Of a stretch of DNA of 64,000 nt, positions 39,022 to 48,400 are shown piece after piece. Position numbers and translations under genes: made by a program. The stretch is taken from assembly GCA_964563755.1 (NCBI GenBank), contig CAZLYC010000001.1, forward strand, positions 203,548-267,547, in the 5' to 3' direction. Below the pieces are notes generated by a model. That model was not told the origin of the DNA, did no database searches, and saw only the letters and a list, made by a program, of their open reading frames with translations. Origin of the DNA: an uncultured Methanosarcinales archaeon (lineage in GTDB: Archaea > Nanobdellota > Nanobdellia > Woesearchaeales > UBA11576). Positions within the stretch are counted from its first letter, which is position 1; the number at the start of each line of letters is the position of its first letter.

Positions 39022-42000
39022 TTAATTTTTAAAAGCGAGTTTTGTCTCTATTTCTGCAAACTGTATCTTAAGCTCGACTAATTTTTCATTCATATAATCA
39101 ATAGCTTCCTGACGCTCCCTAACCCCAGATTCAAGATCAATTATCTGTATGTTCATCTCATCCAGTTCTTTCTTGTTGATTTTAATCATCTCTACGATGT
39201 ATATGGGTATATGCTCATAAGAAACATCCTCTGGGGAGTTGTTAAGGTATCTCACAAGATTTTTTATTCCTAACGCATCAATTTCCTCTGCGATGTAACC
39301 GAAATCACTGATATTTGAATTAATTCTGGTGAACGCTTTAGGCTCAAGCTTCAGAATCTTTGAAAAATCATCTTCGAAAGGATGTATATCTTCTTTATAT
39401 CTTTCAGATGAAGTAAATCTACAGAGTTTTGATACTCCATTCCAGTAAACTAGATAATCTGCTGCGTTGATATATGTCTGAAGATTATCCAGATATACAG
39501 TACCATCAACTTCAAAATCATTGTAGACGTAAAGATCTCCGCTGAGAGTCATATTATTCATAGTGCCCGCACTTCCAATTTTAACTGGATCTCCTGTAAA
39601 ATATGCTCCATATGTATTTCCGCATGCGTCTACAGCGATACCTGAGTCAGTATAACCTTTAGCACCCCATCCTGGCCCGCCAAGCGCACCCCAATCTCCT
39701 CCATCTGTACCATATGCTCCGTAATCCCCGCCGAGATACCCATATCTTGTAGCGCAATTGTTTGCATCGCAGCCATAGATGCCATAATCTCCATAACCAT
39801 ACACCCCATAGTCATTTGCACCCATGGACACTACACCTTGATTCTGTACTCCAGTACCACTTGTTGCGCTTCCATACGCTCCTATGTTAGAACTACCATC
39901 CCTATATGCAAGCAAAGCGTCATTGTCCTGAAGCCCCATAGCAGACACCATCGCTGCAGAGTTTCCGCTTTCACGTATGCTGAGCCGTGAAGCAGGAGTT
40001 GTAGTCAGTATACCTGTATATCCTCCTAAAGAAGTCGCTTTAACAATAAACTTGTCACCATTAGGACCTACCTGCAGCTCATGGTCCGTCATCAGAGTAC
40101 CGCCGACCCTTACATTCTTACCACCATAAGAGTAAAGCCAGTAGCCATCAGGCGTGTACCATCCGCCCCCGTAGTTTTCCCAGTAAACCCCGCTTGGATA
40201 ATTGACCCTGACCCAATTGTTCGCAAGCATGTTTCCTTGCACCTGAAGATTATAGCTTCCTGGATTAGTATCATAAATGCCGACTCTACCGTTCCTTATC
40301 GTCATAACTTCAGCGCCCTGCTGGACAAATGAAATCTTGTCGTCAGCATCATTAGATATACCAATCTGCAATTCAGTGTCTTCACCAGAGCCATCCTGCA
40401 GATAAGTTATCCAGGCAGCATCACCACTCCCTCCCCAGGGGTCGTCTCCCATCAGTATGCTGGAGTCAGTCCCATCCCACAAATCAATAGTGCTATTATC
40501 ATTCACGCCATCTTGATATATGCTTTTGTCATACCACTTTGAGGCACGCACTTCGCCGCTGTCTACACTCATGGCAGCCTCTGCATTCGAATCAGGAGTT
40601 GTACCGTCAGCATTATTCAAAGGTGGAGAATAGAACCAGTCAACCCACGTATTTGTCATAATTGCAAGAGTCCAAGAAGCTATTCCTATTGCGTATGTGT
40701 TCGAGTAAAGCCCTATTTTCCAGCCAACATCATAATCCACAGTTGGAGGAAGAGCAGTTATAGGATGCACATTAGCATTCGCTCCTACAAAACCATTGAC
40801 AGTCAATGCATTTGTGGGTTCAGTGTTTATTCCTAGGTTACCATGAACTATCAGGTTGCCGTCAGTCGTCACACCTTTGCCTTCATCAACATAAACTCCG
40901 CCAGGACCAACATACATGCCGTTACCAACATAAAGATCATTTGATATCTCTAAATTTCCGGAGACATCAAGATTGTTCGAAGCAACATCACCTATGCTCG
41001 CAGCAGCCAGTTCAACACCGCCATGCTCAAATACTGCAAATGTGTTTGAAGTACCACTACCAACTAAGTAAAGGTATTTACCCACACCATATAGTCCATA
41101 AGCCTGGTCAATATACCCGCTGTTAGCATAAGTTCCGACAATGACCGGATTAGTGACATTAGATACATCTATTACTGCTATGCTGTCGCCGTCATAGCTC
41201 GACACATAAGCGAAACCTCCTGCGACATAGATGCCATTCGCACCGTTCAGGTTTGTAGAATCAGACAAAGTGCTGACCCTTTGCATATTAAACGGGTTAG
41301 AGATGTTAACTATAGTCAAGCTGTCATCATAATAATCAGCAACATACGCGTACTTTCCTGAAACATAGACATCATAAGCACCATTGAGATTGTCACCATC
41401 ACAGATGCTATTGACATAGTTGATATTTGAAGCATTGCTTATATTGATTATTGCAAGACAGTCGCTGGCATATGAAGCAATATAAGCGAAAGTTCCCTGC
41501 ACATAAAGTCCAGATGCATCATTTATGTATGTGGCGCTCTGATAGCTCGATACAAATGTAGGATTTGAAGAGTTAGATATATCAATGACTGTGAATCTGT
41601 CAGATGTCGCACCAGAAGTAACATACGCATATTTTCCAGATACATAGACGCTGTTTGCAGCATCAAGATAAGTGCCGCTAGTATAATAACCAGTGACCGA
41701 TGGAGAGTATGGATTAGAGACATCAGCAATAGTCAGCATGTCATCAGCTGCAGCAGTTATGTAAGCATACTTTCCAGCAACAAATATGCCACTAGCAGCA
41801 TCAAACCTGTCTGTGTTATATAGGCTGCTTACCAGCGTAGGACTGTATGGATTGGAAACATCCATTATCGTCAATCTATCACCGGTAAAAACAGCGACAT
41901 AAGCATATTTGCCCTGTACATAGACATCATAAGGACCTGCCATATATGTCCCACTAGTGTATCTGCCGACCAGGACGGGCGTGGATGAATCTACTTTTAT

Positions 42001-42204
42001 GCTGCTACCGTTGATATCTAAATCAACACGAGGCACCTTAGTCTTGAAGCCCACCCTATCATTAGTATCATCAACCCACATCAAATCATCACCGAAACTG
42101 AGGTTAGCGCCATCCTGATGCTTGATGTAATGAGTGCCTACAGCAAGAGCTACATCTACAAGAAGTACTATGATTATAATTGAAACAATCCACCTCATTT
42201 TCAT
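39022..42204 (-). CDS. Large secreted fibre-like protein, LVIVD beta-propeller plus S74-like C-terminal domain (paralogue)
   Basis: Same architecture as 32371..35793. The C-terminus has TSSERYKEDI...FGYIAEEIDALG. Confidence 0.7.
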   Translation of the reverse strand: MKMRWIVSIIIIVLLVDVALAVGTHYIKHQDGANLSFGDDLMWVDDTNDRVGFKTKVPRVDLDINGSSIKVDSSTPVLVGRYTSGTYMAGPYDVYVQGKYAYVAVFTGDRLTIMDVSNPYSPTLVSSLYNTDRFDAASGIFVAGKYAYITAAADDMLTIADVSNPYSPSVTGYYTSGTYLDAANSVYVSGKYAYVTSGATSDRFTVIDISNSSNPTFVSSYQSATYINDASGLYVQGTFAYIASYASDCLAIINISNASNINYVNSICDGDNLNGAYDVYVSGKYAYVADYYDDSLTIVNISNPFNMQRVSTLSDSTNLNGANGIYVAGGFAYVSSYDGDSIAVIDVSNVTNPVIVGTYANSGYIDQAYGLYGVGKYLYLVGSGTSNTFAVFEHGGVELAAASIGDVASNNLDVSGNLEISNDLYVGNGMYVGPGGVYVDEGKGVTTDGNLIVHGNLGINTEPTNALTVNGFVGANANVHPITALPPTVDYDVGWKIGLYSNTYAIGIASWTLAIMTNTWVDWFYSPPLNNADGTTPDSNAEAAMSVDSGEVRASKWYDKSIYQDGVNDNSTIDLWDGTDSSILMGDDPWGGSGDAAWITYLQDGSGEDTELQIGISNDADDKISFVQQGAEVMTIRNGRVGIYDTNPGSYNLQVQGNMLANNWVRVNYPSGVYWENYGGGWYTPDGYWLYSYGGKNVRVGGTLMTDHELQVGPNGDKFIVKATSLGGYTGILTTTPASRLSIRESGNSAAMVSAMGLQDNDALLAYRDGSSNIGAYGSATSGTGVQNQGVVSMGANDYGVYGYGDYGIYGCDANNCATRYGYLGGDYGAYGTDGGDWGALGGPGWGAKGYTDSGIAVDACGNTYGAYFTGDPVKIGSAGTMNNMTLSGDLYVYNDFEVDGTVYLDNLQTYINAADYLVYWNGVSKLCRFTSSERYKEDIHPFEDDFSKILKLEPKAFTRINSNISDFGYIAEEIDALGIKNLVRYLNNSPEDVSYEHIPIYIVEMIKINKKELDEMNIQIIDLESGVRERQEAIDYMNEKLVELKIQFAEIETKLAFKN

Positions 42205-44345
42205 TAACCCAGACTGACCAACACTTTTATTTCACAAGAATCATTATTACAATCCTCCATCGCCTTACCTACGATGGAGCCGAAATCATCCTTTGTCGCT
42301 TTCTCTGCAAAGCCTTTGACTGTTGAACTTGTGAGCATGTCAAACTTAGCTACTGGACCTTTGACTTTCGTGCTGACAATGCCAGTTATACCGACAGCGA
42401 CGCCATCATTTGCAGCGTTACCGATTATTGTAGGACTGTCTGACACGACGCCAGCAACAGACGGCTGCCTATGAGAAGAACATTTCACGACTTTCATGTC
42501 ATCATTCAAGCATACGACATCACCTGCTTCCAATGCTTCCGCAGCAGGCATCATCTCTGCGAAGTCTGCGCCGTAGCCGGTGAGGTTGCCGCCGTAGTAG
42601 ATGTTCCTAGTAACATAAAGATCCCCATTCTGCGTTATGTTCACCATCGGCGTGTTGCTTCCGGCATTCCTCCTTATGAACATCAACGGAACGCTGCCAT
42701 CACCGAAATCAGTGACATTAACATACCATCCCCAAGAGTTAGTATTCCCTCCTAAAAACATAGCATTATTAGACCCTATATCCAGTCTGGCAATCGGAGC
42801 AGTCGTCCCGATGCCGACATTGCCGGAACCGTCAATATTTAATACATCTCTAGGAGTCATTGAAGAACTATATTGTCTTAAATGAATCATTCCGTAAACT
42901 CCAGCGCCGCCGCCAGTGTAGACCGAACCAAAATAAGCGTCAGAACTTGACTGACCATATCCCATAAAAGCATACTGACCTTGCGAATCAGGCCTATTTA
43001 CACGAACACCATTCTCATAAACATTAGCATTTCCAGGCCTTATAACATCAAGAGCAGAGTAAGGAATCGAAGTCCCGATGCCGACATTGCCTGCGCTGCT
43101 TATCCTCATACGTTCTCCGTATGTGCCTGTGTTATTGGTTGTTGAGAATGCTAATGCTATAGCACCAGATGAATATTGATTTCTTCCAGTAATCGCCGCA
43201 CCAATCAATCCATCCGAAGCTTCAAATGCTATGCTTGACCCATCATCTGGTGTGGTGTACTTATGATTTGATAAAACAATAAGGGGATTTATGATTCCTG
43301 TTGTTCCAGTGTCATCGTTACGCACTTCAAGCTTATAGCTAGGACTTGTGGTGTTGATGCCGACATTGCCGCCTGTGTTGAAGTAGCTGTTGGCACCGGA
43401 GTCTCCTGTGATACGTGTCCTTGCAGTAATAGAAGGATAATCCCCCATATTTGCAAGAGTCATATCCCCAAGGCTGATAGCATAATCAACATTAAGCTCA
43501 GCACCATTACCATTACTCATCAAGAACATAGTGGGATATGTCATACCTGTGGCAGAATTAGTATGCATAAAAGCAGGACCATAACCAGTACCATCGTCCC
43601 TATAATGCCAGAATCCTTTATACGGATAAACATTCTGTCTGAGTGAGGCACCACTTCCTGTAGAATTAAATGCAATATCTCCTGAACCAACATCTAATCT
43701 CGCATTAGGATTTGTTGTCCCGATGCCGACGTTGCCTGTTGAGGATATTCTCATATTCTCGCTGCTGCCTGTGCCTAAAATAAGATCAGGCGAACCATAA
43801 ATCCCGTTCCATGCAGGAACGCCAAGAGTCAAATTTATGGATTGACCGTATCTTGCAATTAAAGAACCTGCAATACGTGTCTGACCACCAGGTCCAGTTA
43901 TGTTCGTGCTATAGAAATCACCATTCACAGTCAATTTCTGGCCAGGAGTGTCTGTTCCGATGCCGACGTTTCCTCCTGATGCCTGAATGCTAAGATTAAC
44001 ATTATTGCTCACGCCTATCTGTGTGGCCTGAATACGAGCAGAAGTATCGCCGTCAATCACTCCTAAGTTGATTCCGTAACCAGAACTCAGGTCTCCTACG
44101 TGCATCTGATAATTTGCGACAACATCTTTTTGTACTTGTAAACTATAGGATGCGGTTGGAGTACCAATACCAACATTAACAGTATCTGGAAACAAGAAAT
44201 TCCCGTCGTTGCCACTGAACAATCCGCCGCTTATCTGTGAAGCAGGATGGCCCGGGTTAGGAGCTGTTGAGAATGCTCCGTATGATAAACCTATGAGTAC
44301 TACAATATATAGTAAGATTGCAGACCTCTTTTTAACAAGACTCAT
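42204..44345 (-). CDS. Secreted fibre protein with NVGIGT-type tandem repeats and a peptidase-G2-like C-terminal intramolecular chaperone domain
   Basis: Signal peptide. At least six repeats of N(V/I)GIGTxxPxxxL(D/E)V. The C-terminus GADFAEMM...GDVVCLNDDMKVVKC...VAGVVSDSPTIIGNA resembles the GADYAE...ILGVVS motif family of phi29 gp12-type auto-chaperones. Confidence 0.55.
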   Translation of the reverse strand: MSLVKKRSAILLYIVVLIGLSYGAFSTAPNPGHPASQISGGLFSGNDGNFLFPDTVNVGIGTPTASYSLQVQKDVVANYQMHVGDLSSGYGINLGVIDGDTSARIQATQIGVSNNVNLSIQASGGNVGIGTDTPGQKLTVNGDFYSTNITGPGGQTRIAGSLIARYGQSINLTLGVPAWNGIYGSPDLILGTGSSENMRISSTGNVGIGTTNPNARLDVGSGDIAFNSTGSGASLRQNVYPYKGFWHYRDDGTGYGPAFMHTNSATGMTYPTMFLMSNGNGAELNVDYAISLGDMTLANMGDYPSITARTRITGDSGANSYFNTGGNVGINTTSPSYKLEVRNDDTGTTGIINPLIVLSNHKYTTPDDGSSIAFEASDGLIGAAITGRNQYSSGAIALAFSTTNNTGTYGERMRISSAGNVGIGTSIPYSALDVIRPGNANVYENGVRVNRPDSQGQYAFMGYGQSSSDAYFGSVYTGGGAGVYGMIHLRQYSSSMTPRDVLNIDGSGNVGIGTTAPIARLDIGSNNAMFLGGNTNSWGWYVNVTDFGDGSVPLMFIRRNAGSNTPMVNITQNGDLYVTRNIYYGGNLTGYGADFAEMMPAAEALEAGDVVCLNDDMKVVKCSSHRQPSVAGVVSDSPTIIGNAANDGVAVGITGIVSTKVKGPVAKFDMLTSSTVKGFAEKATKDDFGSIVGKAMEDCNNDSCEIKVLVSLG

Positions 44346-44521
44346 CTTTTTGCACCTTGCTCTACTGCTGGCTCTAACGTCAACTCTTTTAGAACAACTT
44401 CCCCTCTCTCATTCAGCGTCGGAAAAATCTCAGTACCCTTCCTCCAACGCTTCATCTTTATTATGCCTAAAGGTAAAGTTATGTTGAACTGGCCTTCCTT
44501 AGGATTCTGAATCTTTACCAT
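44342..44521 (-). CDS. AbrB/MazE-like (swapped-hairpin) small DNA-binding protein, 59 aa, absent from the ORF track
   Basis: Hand translation gives MVKIQNPKEGQFNITLPLGIIKMKRWRKGTEIFPTLNERGEVVLKELTLEPAVEQGAKR. Its TGA stop overlaps the ATG of the fibre gene (ATGA). Confidence 0.5.
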   Translation of the reverse strand: MVKIQNPKEGQFNITLPLGIIKMKRWRKGTEIFPTLNERGEVVLKELTLEPAVEQGAKR

Positions 44522-45031
44522 TCAATCACACTATTATTATATTAGTATTAAAAATTATCTAAATTAATATTATCATAATAATTTTAATTATTAAAATACT
44601 ATTAAAATAGTATTTAAGTATTATTATATAAAAAGCTTTTGTTTTTGCTTTGTGAAATCTTGTTCATTTCCTTCTTTACAGGATTTTTCTGTTTTGGGTA
44701 TTACCTGTTGTCAAATATTCTGAGTCTGCTAAACTATTAAGTTATTCTCGACGATACAAAAATATTTTTCCGTCGATAAAATTTGCAAATTATTTTTTAG
44801 CTGATATTTTTTGAAAAATTTCGCTTGTTTCTCTACGGATTTTTTTATTTTCAAGCGAACTTCACAAAACGGCTTTTCTTACTTGGGATCTTATGTTTTA
44901 GCCGTTGAACTTCTCGATCGCTGAGATTTTTTCCAAAATTAAGTTATTTTTAATATTATTTTATTACTATATAAATATTACTTTTAGTTTAAGATAATAT
45001 TATTATAATATTACATTTTTCTCGATTTTTA

Positions 45032-45204
45032 CTTACGTTGTAGGTATAAAATTGCTTATTTTCGAAATACATACATTGTAAGAAAAAGACTTACGTTGTA
45101 AGTTTTATGGAAAAGTTTATATATAAATGCTACTTACAGTGTGAGAATTTACTTGTTCTGAAAAAAACCAAAAGGTTTAAATACACCTATACTCACATTG
45201 TAAG
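45032..45204. promoter_or_regulatory. Five copies of the 13-bp palindrome CTYAC-N3-GTRAG upstream of the HTH and giant-protein genes
   Basis: Copies are CTTACGTTGTAGG (45032), aTACATTGTAAG (45071), CTTACGTTGTAAG (45090), CTTACAGTGTGAG (45133) and CTCACATTGTAAG (45193). Confidence 0.6.
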
Positions 45205-45249
45205 TAAATTTTTGAATATATTACAATATTTTATTTAAGTTATTCGCGG

Positions 45250-45480
45250 GTGTTTGGTATAGTTTCAAAAGAGGACGAAGTAGTAGAGATACCTAGTGCA
45301 ATATTCAGAGATAGAACTAGGGCCCCCCTCGAATCAATTTCTCAGTATCTTAAAGACGTGAAAGGCCTATCTTTCCACGAGATAGCAGTACTTCTAAACC
45401 GCGATGACCGAACAATCTGGACCTGCTACAGCAGAGCGAAAAAGAAACAGCAACAGCAGAATGAGGTGGTCAAGGAATAA
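45250..45480 (+). CDS. Small HTH protein (sigma-70 region-4/LuxR-like helix-turn-helix), GTG start
   Basis: LSFHEIAVLLNRDDRTIWTCYSRAKKK fits the r4-type HTH pattern (E.IA..L...D.T....RA.KK). Its stop overlaps the start of the giant ORF (TAATG). Confidence 0.4.
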   Translation: MFGIVSKEDEVVEIPSAIFRDRTRAPLESISQYLKDVKGLSFHEIAVLLNRDDRTIWTCYSRAKKKQQQQNEVVKE

Positions 45481-48400
45481 TGGCCACAGAAGACAGGATC
45501 AAGGAACTGCAGAGTCAGATAGCAGGACTTGATAGAGAGATTGAGCAAGAGAAAAAAGCAGAACAGAAGATAGCGCAGGAAATAGCAAGAAATGCAGAAA
45601 AAGAAAGAACCGCATCAACACAGAGAACAAACCAAGAAGCAAACAAAGAAAAATCATCAACAAGCATGGTGACATCAGTTGTCGTAATATCTCTCATACT
45701 CATACTCTCCGCGATACTTGTTCTTAAGACTCTAAGTCCTACGGGCTACTCAGTTCTTGCGCAAAACCAAACACCCACAGAACTGCTCCAGGTAGAGCAA
45801 CAGATGCTTGAAGACATGAACGTAGAAGAAGTCATAGCAATCCAAGAGGCAACAGAAAAGAACTACACAGAACCAATCAACGAGACACTGCCGGAAGAGC
45901 CGCAGAATGAGATCATAGAAGAACCAATACCTCAACTTCCAGAGCAGCAGGAGCAGAACGCAACACTGAATGAGACTGCGTCAGAAACAAACACAACAAT
46001 AAACGAGACAATGGCGCCAGTCAACGCGTCAGTCCCTGTTGTAAACGAGACAGTGAACATAACAAACGTGACACTCTACAACGAGACACAGCAAATCAAC
46101 ATAACTCTCAATGAGACAAACATAACAGATGAATTCAATATAACCCTGAACTTAACACTCAATGAAACCAACTTCACAGCAGAACTCAACATAACACTGA
46201 ACGAAACAAACCTCACAGAGCAGCTTAACATAACATTCAACGAGACTAACCTGACATCAGAGCTTAATGCCACACTTAACATAACTAACGAAACAGCAAT
46301 CATATCGGAAGAAAATCTGACAACAGAGACAGGATTACCAGAAGAGCTAATCCAGGGATACGCAAGAGTCGGTCAAGCAGTCAACTGGACAAGAAGAATA
46401 CTGGTCAACACAACAGGGGAGCTCAACATAACACTCAAGCTGCCGAAGCAGACATCAAAAGTAAAGATTTATGAGATAACTGGAGGAGTAGATCCAGCAC
46501 TGGTTGAAGAAGAAGGCCAGACAGAGATATCAGGAAGCACAGTTCTAAACGCTAGACAATGGTCAGACTGGCACGCAAAGATAGGCAAGACAAAGAAACT
46601 CCTCAAATCAGACAAGATAGGCATCAATAATCCTGTTCTTTTGACTCAGCAGTTAGAGGAATCAACAGATTCTGAAACCGACAGCCAAACACCCGCAATA
46701 ATTGGCTATTCTGCATTGAATGTAGAGTCCGGTGAAGGGGTCATGCTGAAATTCCTCAACTGGTTGAGTTCTTTATTCGGAATAACTGGCGCAGCGACAT
46801 TGGATACCGAATCGATACGCCTGACGAGACCGGATGACGGCGCAACAGTCGATAGGAACCTAAACCTGCTATACAGAGCAGCAAAAGACTTTGACTCCTG
46901 CACACTCTACCTTGACGAAAACAAGGTAAAGACAGACGAACTTGTGCTTGAAGGACTCAATTTCTTCCAGCTAAGTAGGATGAGTGATGGAATACACGAC
47001 TGGAAGATAGTCTGCCTCGACAAAAACCGAGAAGTCGAATCAGAGACAAGGACATTCACAGTAGGAACAACAACCATACCAACACCTATACAGCCAATAA
47101 TACCAATCCAGAACGAGACAACACCAGAGCAGAACACAACCCTGCCTGAGAATGAGAGTGTAGAACAGATAGAAGAAGAGACAGAAGAAGCAGAATACAA
47201 CTTTGTCGAAATAAACATAACAGACACAGTTGACGAAGCTCCAAAAGTCTATGAAATCGAGTACCAGACAGCAGGACCAGAGGCATCTGAGCAAGTGCAG
47301 AACCAGTACATAAAGGCAGTAACTGTAGGAAGCGACATAGAATTCAAGAATATAACTGCATACACAGAGCTGCCATGGGTGCCAGAGTGGCTAGTCAAAC
47401 TCTACTGGAGCAACAAAGGTTACGAACAAGTTGAAGATATCAAGCTTATAGACGCAAACCAAGACGGACTTTACGATGCGATGGAATGGACAGTCCCGCA
47501 CCTCTCGAACCAGACCTATGAAGTCAACCTCACTTATGAGATAACGCAGATAAACATAACACACGCAGAAAGGACACCAGAGAACGGAATAAAAGAGGAC
47601 ATAACAGGATATGTAGCAGATGCTGACGGCTCATCAATACAAGTAAACACAAAAGAAATCTATTTCGAGCTCCAGACTGACCTAGCAGAAAACGATACGA
47701 TATCATTCTTTGCAGAAGCTAACAAGAGAAACACGATATTCCTGAAAGATATGGATGGAAATATCATAAGCACACTCACACTAAGCGACAAGAACTGGTC
47801 ATGGTATAACATGACGATAACAGGACTAAGCCTTACGACAAACAAGTTCTACCTAAGTTCAGAATCGCTAGTCAAGTATGACTACATAACAGCATTCGAC
47901 AAGAAGCTCATAATACCAAAGAAGATGGTCGCGCCAAAGAACGTAAGCCTGGTGCTCGCGCAGGATGAAACAGTAGATGTAACCGAAATCAGACAGTTCA
48001 AGCCAGCAGAAGTGATTGTGCAGTCAACCACAGATCAGAACCAGACAGTCCCGATAGCAGAGTTCAGCGTAGAATTCCAGAGCGCAGAACTTGACATAGA
48101 CATGTCAGGACTTGTCGCAGAGACAGACCCTGTCGAAAGGAAATCAGTCATGCACATGGATGAATGGCCTGCAGAAATAAGCCACAACAAGACACTCTAC
48201 ATACCATCACACGGAAGAGGCTCGGTCTATATCTGCCCAGAAGCAAAGAACATAGATGAAGTCAACCAGTTCTGCCCAGGAATAGTGTACTTGAAGCTTG
48301 GAGAGAACAAGATAAACAAGACACAGGAACAGGCACTGCTTCAGATAGAGACAAACGAAACGCTCAACGAAACAATAAATGAGACAAACGGTACAGAGAT

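Noticed and set aside
44209-44487. Plus-strand 92-aa ORF at the fibre/AbrB junction
   Set aside because: It overlaps the better-supported minus-strand fibre start and the 59-aa AbrB-like ORF. It has no recognisable features.
27982-44521. Integrated tailed provirus as the explanation for the fibre and tailspike-like genes
   Set aside because: No capsid, portal, terminase, integrase or att/tRNA features lie in or beside the block, and the genes carry Sec-type signal peptides. A cellular surface-fibre island with phage-derived domains is more consistent. The flanks outside the window cannot be examined.
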